64,000 nt of DNA from positions 1,952,001-2,016,000 of the forward strand of contig CAVZZO010000001.1 in assembly GCA_963779755.1 (NCBI GenBank). The letters run 5' to 3'. Both the position numbers and the translations under genes were made by a program. The notes below the pieces were generated by a model that did not search any database, had not been told where the DNA came from, and saw only the letters and a program-made list of their open reading frames with translations. This document shows, piece by piece, positions 27,985 through 38,600 of this stretch (position 1 is its first letter; the number at the start of each line of letters is the position of its first letter). Source of the DNA: an uncultured Gemmatimonadales bacterium (lineage in GTDB: Bacteria > Gemmatimonadota > Gemmatimonadetes > Gemmatimonadales > GWC2-71-9).

Positions 27985-30471
27985 TCAGCGGTGAGGTCTC
28001 TCCGACGCGGCCACCAGGGCGACCGGTTGAGGAACACGCTTCGCGGGGAGCGGCTCCTTCTTCCTGCCGGTCTGCGGACTCCCCGCCAGGTGTCTCGCCA
28101 CTCCCAGCAGCGCGTCGGGGCTCAGCGACATGCTGTCGATGCCCAGCCCGACCAGGAACTCCGCGAACTCCGGATAGTCGCTCGGCGCCTGGCCGCAGAT
28201 CCCCACCGGGCGCCGCTTGCGATGGGCCGCCTCGATCACCATGGCGATCATTCGCTTCACCCCGGGGTCGCGCTCGTCGAAGAGCGGAGCCAGCAGGTCG
28301 GAGTCGCGATCGATGCCCAGGGTCAGCTGGGTGAGATCGTTGGACCCGATGGAGAATCCGTCGAAGAGGTCGGAGAACTCCGCGGCAAGGACGACGTTGT
28401 TCGGGATCTCGCACATTACATAGACCTCGAGCCCGTCTTCCCCCTGGCGCAGCCCGTGGCCGGCCATTTCCTCCAGAACCCGGCGTGCCTCTCCCAGCGT
28501 GCGGCAGAAGGGGATCATCACCTTGAGGTTGGTGAGCCCCATGGTCTCCCGTACCCGGCGTATGGCGGCGCACTCCAGGGCGAAGCCGTCGCGATACCGC
28601 TCATGATAGTATCGGGAGGCGCCCCGGAACCCGATCATCGGGTTGGCGTCCACCCGCTCGAAGGCGCGGCCGCCCAGCAGCCCGGCGTATTCGTTGGTCT
28701 TGAAATCCGAGAAGCGGACGATCACCGGCCGGGGATGGAAAGCTGCCGCGATCTGCCCCACACCCGACGCCAGCCGTTCCACGAAGAACTCCGCGGGCGT
28801 ACCGTATCCCCGGGCGCGAGCCTCGATCGTCTGCCGGTCCGCCGCATCGGCCATCCGCTCCGGATGGGCGACGGCCATGGGGTGGATGCCGATCCACCCC
28901 GAAATCACGAACTCGATCCGGAGCAGACCGACCCCGGCGGCGGGCAGCTGAGCCAGGCTGAAGGCCTGGTCGGGGTTCGCCAGGTTGAGCATGAGCGGGA
29001 CCGGCGACGGCGGCAGGGTTGCGGGGTCGATGTCCTCCCGGGCAAAGGCCACCTCGCCTTCATAGACCCGGCCCTCGTCGCCTTCGGCGCAGGAGACGGT
29101 GACCACGCTGCCCGCGGCCAGGCGCCCGGTGGCATCGCCGGTGCCGACCACGCAGGGGATGCCCAGCTCGCGCGAGACGATCGCCGCGTGGCAGGTGCGG
29201 CCCCCCTCGTCGGTGACCACCGCGGCGACCCGTTGCAGCACCGGCTCCCAGTCCGGGTTGGTCATCCGGGTGACCAGCACCTCGCCGGCCTGCACCTCGG
29301 CCAGTTGCGATGAGCCGCTGATCAGCCGGACCGGGCCGCTGGCGACGCGCTCCCCCACGCTCTTGCCGGTGACCAGCACCCGGCCTTCGCCGCTCCGCCG
29401 GTAGAGCGTGATCCGGGTGCCCCGCCGTTCCGCGTGGACCGTCTCCGGCCGAGCCTGCACCACGAAGAGCTCGCCGCTGCGGCCGTCGCGGGCCCACTCG
29501 ATGTCCATCGGCGTGTCCCGGCCCGCCAGGCGGGTGTAGTGCTCCTCGATGGCGAGGGCCCAGCGCGCCAGCGTCAGCAGGTCCCCCTCCTCCAGCACGA
29601 AGCGGGAGCGATCGCTCTCCGGGACCGCCACCTCGGTGACCGGCCGGCCGCCGTCCTCGGCATACACCAGCTTGACGTCCTTGCCGCCCAGCTCCCGCCG
29701 CAGGATGGAACGGAAACCGGCGCGCAGCATGGGCTTGTGGATCCAGAATTCGTCCGGTACCACCCGCCCCTGGACCAGAGTCTCGGCGATGCCCCAGGCC
29801 CCGGTGATGAGGATGACGTCGCGGAACCCGCTCTCGGTATCGAGGGTGAAGATCACCCCGGCGGAGCCCAGGTCGCTCCGGACCATCTTCTGCACCCCCA
29901 CCGACAGGCTCACGCTCCGGTGGGCGAAGCCCTTCTCGGTCCGGTACGCGATGGCCCGGTCGGTATAGAGCGAGGCGAAGCAGGCACGGATCGCTCCGTC
30001 CAGCGCCTCCAGGCCGCGGATGTTGAGATAGGTCTCGTGCTGTCCCGCGAACGACGCGCCCGGCAGGTCTTCAGCGGTGGCGCTGGAGCGCACGGCGACG
30101 TCCGTCTCTGCCTCGCCGAAGCGCTGCGACAACTCCGAATACGCCGCCGCGATGAGCGGCCGCAGCTCCTCCGGCAGCGGTGCTTCGCGGACTCGCTTCC
30201 GGATGGCCTCGCCGGCGCGGGACAGGGCGTTGACGTCCCGCACGTCCACGCCCGCCAGGGTGGATTCGATCCAGTCGGTGAGGCCGGCCCGGTCCAGGTG
30301 CAGCCGATAGGCCTCCGCGGTGAGGACGAACCCGTCAGGAACCCGCACGCCCTTCTTGCCCAACGTCTGAAGCATCTCGCCCAGCGAGGCGTTCTTCCCC
30401 CCGACCTGGCCGATATCGGCCAGGGTGACGCCGTCGAGCGGCCGCAGATAGACCCGATGAGAGCTGTTCAT
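27985..30471 (-). CDS. ppsA: Phosphoenolpyruvate synthase
   Basis: VGGKNASLGE, VRSSATAEDL, FAGQHET, GGRTCHAAIVSRE (phospho-His), NPMIGFRG, SIGSNDLTQ and GICGQ motifs. Confidence 0.96.
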   Translation of the reverse strand: MNSSHRVYLRPLDGVTLADIGQVGGKNASLGEMLQTLGKKGVRVPDGFVLTAEAYRLHLDRAGLTDWIESTLAGVDVRDVNALSRAGEAIRKRVREAPLPEELRPLIAAAYSELSQRFGEAETDVAVRSSATAEDLPGASFAGQHETYLNIRGLEALDGAIRACFASLYTDRAIAYRTEKGFAHRSVSLSVGVQKMVRSDLGSAGVIFTLDTESGFRDVILITGAWGIAETLVQGRVVPDEFWIHKPMLRAGFRSILRRELGGKDVKLVYAEDGGRPVTEVAVPESDRSRFVLEEGDLLTLARWALAIEEHYTRLAGRDTPMDIEWARDGRSGELFVVQARPETVHAERRGTRITLYRRSGEGRVLVTGKSVGERVASGPVRLISGSSQLAEVQAGEVLVTRMTNPDWEPVLQRVAAVVTDEGGRTCHAAIVSRELGIPCVVGTGDATGRLAAGSVVTVSCAEGDEGRVYEGEVAFAREDIDPATLPPSPVPLMLNLANPDQAFSLAQLPAAGVGLLRIEFVISGWIGIHPMAVAHPERMADAADRQTIEARARGYGTPAEFFVERLASGVGQIAAAFHPRPVIVRFSDFKTNEYAGLLGGRAFERVDANPMIGFRGASRYYHERYRDGFALECAAIRRVRETMGLTNLKVMIPFCRTLGEARRVLEEMAGHGLRQGEDGLEVYVMCEIPNNVVLAAEFSDLFDGFSIGSNDLTQLTLGIDRDSDLLAPLFDERDPGVKRMIAMVIEAAHRKRRPVGICGQAPSDYPEFAEFLVGLGIDSMSLSPDALLGVARHLAGSPQTGRKKEPLPAKRVPQPVALVAASERPHR

Positions 30472-30672
30472 CTCTCATTCCTAGCGGTCCGCTTCTGAAG
30501 GAAGCGGGAAACGGGAGTGAAGCGGGCGCGGGCACGCCGTGGCCGATCGTGGCGCGGTTCTCCTGAAGCGACTTCTGAAGAGCGTTTCAAGACTCCTTCA
30601 CCTGCGCTTCGGTGGGGCCCGGACAGATTGTCGGGAACCAGCGGTTCTGCCGCGCATCCTGGAGCGCTCACG

Positions 30673-31527
30673 GTGCCACACTCCGCAGGAGCATCCCACC
30701 GATCCGAGTGCCACGCGGGAATCCTGGTCGCCATTGGGGGCTCGGAATCGAAGGATGGCGTGCCGGAGATCCTGGGGCGTTTCGTGTACGCGGCGGGCGG
30801 GCGGCACGCCGATATCCTCCTCATTCCGATTGCGTCGTCCCTGCAGAGCACGGCGGAGCGTTACCGTGCGACTTTCCGGCATCTGGGAGCGGCGTCGGTG
30901 CAGGTGTTGCATCCCAAGACGTCGGGTGCCGCCAACGATCCCGAGGCCGTGGCGATGGTGGGCCAGGCATCGGCGATCTTCTTCACCGGGGGAGACCAGT
31001 ACCGCCTGGCCCAGCGCCTTGCCGGTACCGCGCTGGAGCGGGCGATTCGAGAGGCGCATGCCCGCGGCACCACTGTCGGAGGGACCTCGGCCGGCGCCTC
31101 CTTCCTCTCACGACGGATGATCGCGTACGGCAAGAGCGGCTCCACTCCGCGGCACGATCTGGTCAACCTGGCCGATGGGCTGGGCCTGACCTCCCGCTTC
31201 ATCATTGATCAGCACTTCCAGGAGCGAAACCGCATGGGCCGTCTGCTGACGGCGCTCGCACTGTGTCCCGGCGCCATGGGGCTGGGGCTGGATGAGGGGA
31301 CGGCCGCGGTGCTTGACGGCGACTCGCTGGAGGTCGTCGGCGACGGTGCCATCACGGTCCTCGACGGCCGCCGTATGGACGCCCGCGTGCCGCATCACTG
31401 GGACCGGCACGACCCGATCTGCCTGACCAACGTGCGGATGCACATCCTGGTGCACGGCGCGCGGTTCGATGTCCGCCGCCGCCGCGCCACCCCACCGTCA
31501 GCTACCGAGAAGGAACCCCGGCAATGA
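30673..31527 (+). CDS. cphB: Cyanophycinase (peptidase S51)
   Basis: AIGG, FTGGDQ, GTSAG (Ser), DQHF (His), RMGRL and GLDE (Glu) motifs. Coupled to cphA by ATGA. Start placed at GTG 30673 after GGAG (ORF track starts at 30517). Confidence 0.9.
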   Translation: MPHSAGASHRSECHAGILVAIGGSESKDGVPEILGRFVYAAGGRHADILLIPIASSLQSTAERYRATFRHLGAASVQVLHPKTSGAANDPEAVAMVGQASAIFFTGGDQYRLAQRLAGTALERAIREAHARGTTVGGTSAGASFLSRRMIAYGKSGSTPRHDLVNLADGLGLTSRFIIDQHFQERNRMGRLLTALALCPGAMGLGLDEGTAAVLDGDSLEVVGDGAITVLDGRRMDARVPHHWDRHDPICLTNVRMHILVHGARFDVRRRRATPPSATEKEPRQ

Positions 31528-34235
31528 ACATCGAGGGCATTTCTGTCTACCAGGGCCCGAGCGTCTGGGCGTATTTTCCGGTCATTCGTGTCCGGCTGGA
31601 CCTGGGGCTGCTGGAGTCGTGGCCCAGCGGCCGACTCGGCACGGCGTTCCAGCAGGGACTCCTCAGGGCCTTGCCCGGGCTGCGCGAGCACGGCTGTTCC
31701 TACGGCGTTTCCGGCGGATTCGTGCGGCGCCTGACCGAGGGCGATGGCACCTGGCTGGGGCACGTGATGGAACATTCGGCCCTCGAGCTGCAGAATCTCG
31801 GCGGGTTCCCCGTCAGCTTCGGCCGCGCCCGCGGCGTCCCCGGCCGGCCCGGGGTGTACGACGTGGTCTACCAGTTTCGCGAGCGGGAGGTCGGCCTCGC
31901 GGCCGGCCGGCTCGCGCTGACGCTGCTGTACTCGCTCCTGCCGGAAACCCTGCGCGAGGGCTTTACCCCGCCGCTTCCTGATTACGCCGCGGAGCGTGAA
32001 GGCTTCCTGGAACTGGCGCGGCGCAAGACGCTGGGGCCCAGCACGGCTGCTCTGGCCCAGGCCGCACAGCAGCGGCGCATCCCCTGGGAGCGGCTGGACG
32101 GCGACCACCTGATCCAGCTGGGAACCGGGGTGTACCAGTGCCGGGTGCAGGGGTCCATCACCAGCCGTACCTCGCAAATAGGGGTGGAGATCGCACAGGA
32201 CAAGGCGCTGACCAACCGGGTGCTGGACGCTCTGGGGATTCCGGTGCCGGCCCAGGTGCGGGTCGATGACGAGGACGAAGCCGTGGCGGCGGCGGCTCGG
32301 CTGGGATGGCCCGTTGTGGTGAAACCGGTGGATGGCAATCACGGCCGGGGGGTCGAACCGGGGGTCAGTACCGCGGCCGAGGTGCGGACGGCGTATCATG
32401 CTGCGTCGCAGGAGGGGGGTGGGGTGCTGGTGGAGGAGCACCTCGAGGGGCGGGATTATCGGCTGCTGGTAGTGAACGGGTCGGTCGTGGCTGCCGCCCA
32501 ACGGGTGCCGGCCCAGGTGGTGGGCGACGGGATAAGCGCGATCGAGGCGCTGGTGGAACGGGTCAACGCCGACCCGCGGCGGGGGGAGGGACATGCGAAT
32601 GTGCTGACCCGCATCGAGCTGGATGAAGAAGCGGACCGGATGCTGGCGCGGGCCGGGCACCGCCGGGACAGCGTCCCCGCCCGTGGAGAGGTGGTTCCAT
32701 TGCGGGCTACGGCCAACCTTTCCCGGGGCGGCACCTCGGTGGACGTCACCGACCGCGTTCACCCCGACAATCGTCTGCTCGCCGTGCGCGCCGCCCTGGC
32801 GGTGGGCCTGGACGTGGCGGGCGTGGACTTCCTCTGCCCCGACATCACCCGTTCCTACCTGGAGGTGGGTGGCGGCGTGTGCGAGCTGAACGCCGCTCCC
32901 GGCCTGCGCATGCATGTGGCGCCGGCAGCAGGTACGCCCCGCGACGTCGCCGGCCCGATCATGGATTATCTGTATCCGCCCGGCTCTGCCACCACCATTC
33001 CCATCGCCGCGATCACCGGAACCAACGGCAAGACCACCACGGCCCGGATGGTGGCGCACCTGGCCGCTGCCGCCCACCGGCGCGTGGGGCTTGCCACGAC
33101 CGACGGAGTGTACGTCGGCGGGCGGCGGATCGCCCGCGGCGACATGACGGGCCCGGCATCGGCGCGCATGCTGCTGCGGGACGCCACGGTGGACTGCGCC
33201 GTGCTGGAGACCGCACGGGGCGGCATTCTGCGCGAGGGGCTGGGCTTCCGGCATTGCAGCGTAGGCGCGGTGCTCAACGTGACCGCGGACCATCTGGGAC
33301 TCGGCGGCATCGACACGGTCGAAGGCCTGGCCGACGTCAAACGGATCGTGGTCGAGGTCGCCGGCAACCTCGCCGTCCTCAACGCCGACGATCCGCTGTG
33401 TCTCGTGATGGCGGAATCCACCGAGGCGCGTATCTGTCTGGTCAGCCTGGACCCGATGAACCCGGCCATCGTGCGGCATCTCCAGAGTGGCGGGCTGGCC
33501 GTCGTGCTGGAGGATGGCAATGATCCGTCGCTGGTGGTCTGCGAAGGGGCCCGGCGCACCCCCCTGCTGCCGGCGCGCCGCATCCCCGCCACCCTGGACG
33601 GCAAGATCCGCTTCAACATCCAGAATGCAGCTTTCGCGGCGGCTATCGGCCTGGGATTGGGATTGGACGTTGGGACGATCCGGGGCGGGCTGGCTACCTT
33701 CGAGGCCAGTATCACCCATACACCGGGACGGGTGAACCTGTATGACAAACATCCGTTCCGGGTGCTGGTGGACTACGGGCACAACCCGGCGGCGGTACGC
33801 GCCATGTGCGAGGTGGCCGGGAAGCTGGCTGGCACGGGGCGGACGATCTGTGTGCTGGCGGTGCCGGGCGACCGGCGGGACGAAGATATCCGGGAGGTGG
33901 CCCGGGTGGCCGCGGGCTGGTGCGACTACTACATCTGCCGTCGCGACGACCAGCTACGCGGCCGGCGACCGGACGAGGTGCCGCTTCTCCTGTGCGAAGG
34001 GCTTCGTTCCGCCGGGGTGCCGGCCGAGCGAATCAGCGTGGTGCCGTCCGAAGCGGACGCCACGCTGACGGCGCTCGGCACGGCCCGCCCGGGCGATCTG
34101 CTGCTCCTCTTCGCCGATAACCTGGAGCGGACCTGGCAGCAGGTGGTGACCTTCCAGCCGGAGGTGCAGCCGGTGGTGTCGCGGGGTCGGTTCAGCACGC
34201 CGGCGGTCGCCCGGCGGGAGCAGGCGCTCGCGTGA
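31524..34235 (+). CDS. cphA: Cyanophycin synthetase CphA1
   Basis: N-domain HGCS...GHVMEH, LGPST, ATP-grasp KPVDGNHGRG and NAAPGLRMH, Mur-ligase GTNGKTT, ETARGG and DYGHN motifs. Confidence 0.95.
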   Translation: MNIEGISVYQGPSVWAYFPVIRVRLDLGLLESWPSGRLGTAFQQGLLRALPGLREHGCSYGVSGGFVRRLTEGDGTWLGHVMEHSALELQNLGGFPVSFGRARGVPGRPGVYDVVYQFREREVGLAAGRLALTLLYSLLPETLREGFTPPLPDYAAEREGFLELARRKTLGPSTAALAQAAQQRRIPWERLDGDHLIQLGTGVYQCRVQGSITSRTSQIGVEIAQDKALTNRVLDALGIPVPAQVRVDDEDEAVAAAARLGWPVVVKPVDGNHGRGVEPGVSTAAEVRTAYHAASQEGGGVLVEEHLEGRDYRLLVVNGSVVAAAQRVPAQVVGDGISAIEALVERVNADPRRGEGHANVLTRIELDEEADRMLARAGHRRDSVPARGEVVPLRATANLSRGGTSVDVTDRVHPDNRLLAVRAALAVGLDVAGVDFLCPDITRSYLEVGGGVCELNAAPGLRMHVAPAAGTPRDVAGPIMDYLYPPGSATTIPIAAITGTNGKTTTARMVAHLAAAAHRRVGLATTDGVYVGGRRIARGDMTGPASARMLLRDATVDCAVLETARGGILREGLGFRHCSVGAVLNVTADHLGLGGIDTVEGLADVKRIVVEVAGNLAVLNADDPLCLVMAESTEARICLVSLDPMNPAIVRHLQSGGLAVVLEDGNDPSLVVCEGARRTPLLPARRIPATLDGKIRFNIQNAAFAAAIGLGLGLDVGTIRGGLATFEASITHTPGRVNLYDKHPFRVLVDYGHNPAAVRAMCEVAGKLAGTGRTICVLAVPGDRRDEDIREVARVAAGWCDYYICRRDDQLRGRRPDEVPLLLCEGLRSAGVPAERISVVPSEADATLTALGTARPGDLLLLFADNLERTWQQVVTFQPEVQPVVSRGRFSTPAVARREQALA

Positions 34236-34373
34236 TTGAACTGGCGCTCTTCGAGGAAGACGCCGTCCTGGCCCGGATGGCGTTCCGCACCGCCTCCGCT
34301 ACCTTGGCGGAAAGGAGATGTTCAAACTGCTTGAACGGGAGCCTCGCATTTTACGACTCACGGGCGGTATGGC

Positions 34374-34826
34374 ATGACCCCGGACACACCACCGGAATCC
34401 CCGCTCTCGCTCACCGAGGCCCAGCGCCGGCGCCTGGCGGTGTTTCTCGAAATCGTGGACCGGGGGATCGCCGAGGTAGTCGGCGCCTCCCCGCCGCCGA
34501 GCCCGCCGGGAATCCTGGGGCATGAGGCCGACGATTTGCCCCAGGGATTCTCCGAGGCGATCGCAGCCGATGCGCACGCGGTGCGCGCCGAGCTTCGGCT
34601 GCTGGTCGAGAGCCTGGGCCTGGCGCGGACCGAACGTTCCCGCCGCAAGCGGATCCGGGCCCTGCTGGTGTCCATGATCGTCAACCTGGAGGACGCCGGC
34701 TCCCGCGGCCTGCGAGGCTACGGCCCGATGGATGAACGCATCGGCCAGGCCATCGACCCGGCACTCGACGCCATTCGCTCCCGGCTGGTCCGGATCGCCC
34801 GGCTGCTGGACGAACCATCGGGATGA
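34374..34826 (+). CDS. Hypothetical alpha-helical protein with LRGYG motif
   Basis: Normal high-GC codon pattern and amphipathic helices. No family recognised with certainty. Confidence 0.65.
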   Translation: MTPDTPPESPLSLTEAQRRRLAVFLEIVDRGIAEVVGASPPPSPPGILGHEADDLPQGFSEAIAADAHAVRAELRLLVESLGLARTERSRRKRIRALLVSMIVNLEDAGSRGLRGYGPMDERIGQAIDPALDAIRSRLVRIARLLDEPSG

Positions 34827-34995
34827 CGCCTGGGAGGGAGCCCCGGCCCGGGGGCGGCCGCCACCGGGGGTCAGCGGTAGCGGCTGCTCTCGCCGCTGTC
34901 CGCCGTGAGACGGAACTTCCGGCGGGTTCGCCGGTATCAGGCAGGAGCAGCACCAGCCAGGTGCGTCGCCGGCACCTGATGAAAGGCGGGACGAG

Positions 34996-35643
34996 ATGCA
35001 TGGAGGAATCGGGCTGACGCTCGGTGTGATGGCCGGGATGGTCTTGTGGGCCGGCCGGGCTGTGGCGCAGGCCGACAGTACGCGCCGGCCGGTATCACCG
35101 GTCGACAGCGTAGACCTGCACCGGTACATGGGCCGCTGGTACGAGGTGGCGCGCCTGCCCAACGGCTTTCAGAAGCAGTGCGTGGGGGAGACCACGGCCG
35201 ATTACGACCTGCTGGCGGACGGGCAGATCCGGGTGGTCAACCAGTGCCGCCAGGCCGACGGCACCCTGAAACGCGCCGAGGGCCGGGCACGGCGGGCCCA
35301 CCGCAAGGCGCCACTCTCGGAGCTCAAGGTCCGGTTCGCGCCGAAGTTCCTTTCTTTCCTCGGCGTGGTCTGGGGCGACTACTGGATTCTCGACCTGACC
35401 GACGACTACTCCGCCGCGCTGGTGGGCGAGCCGAGCCGCCGGTATCTCTGGGTGCTTTCACGCACGCCGGTGCTGGCCGATTCGACTTACCAGCGGATGG
35501 TCGCCACCGCCCGGCGTCAGGGATTCGACACGACGCAGCTCATGTTGTCGCCGGCGCAAGCGGAGGCCGGGGAGCCCCCCTCCTCTGCTCCGCCCGCTCA
35601 CGGCGGAAGTCCGGCTCCTGGTCGGGACGGCGGGAAGCCCTGA
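34996..35643 (+). CDS. blc: Lipocalin (Blc-like), secreted
   Basis: VDLHRYMGRWYEVAR, GDYWILDL and YLWVLSRTP motifs. Signal peptide ending AVA-Q. Confidence 0.9.
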   Translation: MHGGIGLTLGVMAGMVLWAGRAVAQADSTRRPVSPVDSVDLHRYMGRWYEVARLPNGFQKQCVGETTADYDLLADGQIRVVNQCRQADGTLKRAEGRARRAHRKAPLSELKVRFAPKFLSFLGVVWGDYWILDLTDDYSAALVGEPSRRYLWVLSRTPVLADSTYQRMVATARRQGFDTTQLMLSPAQAEAGEPPSSAPPAHGGSPAPGRDGGKP

Positions 35644-38600
35644 TTACGGCATGGCGGGCCGCACGCTGACCTCGTGCCGCTCGCCGTCGTCCACCAGGAG
35701 GATGGCCGGCCCGTTCACCGGCCGGCCGTCCATCATCAGTTCCACCGCTCCCCGGGCGGCGCCGTCCGGATTGTGCACCACGATGACGTAGCGGCTCCGT
35801 CCGTGCCGGTACTCGATGGTGTATTCACGCCATCCTGCGGGGGCCCTGGGCTCCAGGAACAGCATCTCGCCGCGTTTGTGGAATCCCAGGATTCCTTCCA
35901 GGCCGGCGCGGTACATCCAGCTCGCCGATCCGGTGTACCAGGTCCACCCGCCGCGCCCGAGGTGGCCCTCGGCCGTGTACACATCGGCCGCCACCACATA
36001 CGGCTCCACCTTGTAGATCTCCACCTCCTCCGGCGTGCGCGCGTGCGTGAGCGGATTGAGCATCTGGTACAGTTCGAACGCCCGGTCCGCGTCGCCGCGC
36101 AGGGCCGTTGCGAGCACGGCCCATATGGCGGCATGGGTGTACTGGGCGCCGTTCTCGCGGATGCCGGGCAGGTAGCCCTTGATGTAGCCGGGATCCTGCG
36201 GCATCGTGTCGAACGGCGGGGTGAGGAGCATGATGAGCCGCGCATCCTCCCGCACCAGGCGGTGTTCCAGCGAGCCCAGCGCCTGGGCCTGCCGGTCCGG
36301 GTGCCCGGCGTGTGACAGCACGCTCCAGCTCTGCGCGATGGAGTCGATCTGGCACTCCTCGTTCCCGGCGGAGCCGAGCGGCGTGCCGTCGTCGAAATAG
36401 GCGCGGCGATACCAGGCGCCGTCCCATCCATGCGCCTCGACCGCGGCGGTGTAGGCTTCGGCGTGTCGCCGGCAGTCGGCCGCGACGGCCGCATCCCCAC
36501 GGGCTTCGGCATGCTGCGCGAAGCTCCGCAGGGTCGCAATCAGGAACCAGGCCAGCCAGACGCTCTCCCCCCGGCCCGCCACGCCGACGCGATTCATCCC
36601 GTCGTTCCAGTCGCCCGCCCCGATCAGCGGCAGCCCGTGCGTCCCGGCGGTGCAGGCGTGCGCGAGAGCCCGGCGGCAGTGCTCGTATACGCTCGCCTCC
36701 TCGTCGGCGGTGCGGGGCACGTCGTACACTTCCTGCTCGTCCGGCTCGAGCGCGCGCATGACGAGGAAGGGGACCGGTACGTCCAGTACCGACGCGTCCC
36801 CGGTCGTCCGGATGTAGTGATCGACCACATACGGCAGCCAGACGAGATCGTCGGAGAACCGGGTGCGTATCCCGCGCCCGGCCGGCGGATGCCACCAATG
36901 CTGCACGTCCCCTTCCAGAAACTGGCGGCCGGCGGCCCGGACGATGTGCTCGCGCGCCAGGGCCGGGTCGGCGTAGACGAACGCCATCACGTCCTGCAGC
37001 TGATCACGGAAGCCGTAGGCCCCGCCGCTTTGATAGAGCGCCGAGCGTCCCCACATGCGGCAGGAGAGCGCCTGGTACAGCGTCCACCGGTTGAGCATGG
37101 CGTCGAAAGTGGGCTCCGGTGTCCGGACGGTGATCGCCGAGAGCCGCTCGGCCCAGGCGGCGATGCTGCCGGCGAGGGCGGCCTGTGCCCGGGCCACGTC
37201 GCGATACTCCGCCACCGCCTGCCGGGCCGCGGTCTCGTCGCCGGCGGCGCCCAGCAGGATGGCGATCTCGCGCGTCTCTCCCGGCGCCAGCGACAGCTCG
37301 CACTGCAGCGCGGCGCAGGGATCGATGCCGGCGCCGGTGATGGCGTTCAGCCTGCCGCCGGCACGAAGCGCCGCCGGGTCGGCGACGGTGCCGTTCCTGC
37401 CGAGGAAGTCCAGCCGGCTCGCGGTGTGCGCCGCCAGCGGCTCGGTGATGGCATGGAAGGCCACCCAGTCGGCGAACTGCGGGTCGAAGGTATTCTGCGC
37501 CAGGATGGCGCTCTGCGCAGGGTCCGGCATGGTGCGCACCTGGTGCTGCGTGTGTTCGCGCAGCACACCCAGCGTCCATTCCACGTAGGTCGTGATGGTG
37601 AGCCGCCGGGGACGGGTGTCGTGATTGGTCACCCGCAGGATCGACAGCTTCACTGCCGCGTCGTCCGCCATGCCCAGCATGAGCGTGGTGGTGATGCCTC
37701 CGCCGTGTTCGTGCTCGAACGAGGTGGTGCCCGCGCTGTGGCGGACGAGGTAGGGCAGCGCCTGTCGTACCGGCCCCGGTGTGGCGCTCCACAGCTCCCC
37801 GGTCTCGTCGTCCTGCAGGTAGACGGCTTCGGTCACCTGATCGCTGACCGGATCGTTGTGCCAGGGCGTGAGCCGGTAGAGCTGGCTGTTGGCGGCCCAG
37901 GTGAATCCGCCGCCCCGCTCGGTCACCACGAACCCGCCGTGAGGATTGGCGATGACGTTCGCCCAGGGGGCCGGGGGGAGACGGCCGTCCTGGACCTGGA
38001 TCTCGTAATCCCCCTCGGCGGTGAGGCCGCCGAAGCCGTTGGCCGGCGGCGGGGGCGGCGCGCCGCCCCGGCGTCCGGTGCCGGAGGACCAGCTGGAGAA
38101 CAGCGGCGCGGTGAGCGGCCCGAGCAGACGCGCCCCGATTCGCCGCATCACATTCGCCACCCGCAGGTCGCTCCGCTCCGGGGCGCGCGTGCCGGAGGGC
38201 GGGGATTCGTCTTCGTCGGCCGGCAGCTCGTCCGGCGGCGTGGCGGCCGCCACGGCACGCCCCAGCGCCCGCCCGTCGCAGGAGATGTGCACCCGGGCGG
38301 TGGCGCGCAACATCTGGAGCGCGTCGGCAGCCAGCTGATCGCGCCGGCGCACGAAGACGCCTCCGGGGCGGTCGAACGAGCCGGAATCGCTCACGGCGTA
38401 GACCGCCGCGGTAATCCGGTCGGTCAGGTCCTGGTGATAGGTGGATGCGGCCATGTTGAGGACGACCAGATCCACCGTCATGCCGCGGCGCCGCCAGTAG
38501 CGGTGCGCCGCGAGCAGCTGGCGCAGGGTGGAGAGCCCGTCGGCCGACTCGATGGTGGCGAGCAGAATAGGCCAGTCACCGGAAAGGCCGGCGGTCCACA

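Noticed and set aside
34232..34525. 97-aa ORF coupled to the cphA stop
   Set aside because: It overlaps the better-supported 34374-34826 ORF out of frame and has no recognisable features.
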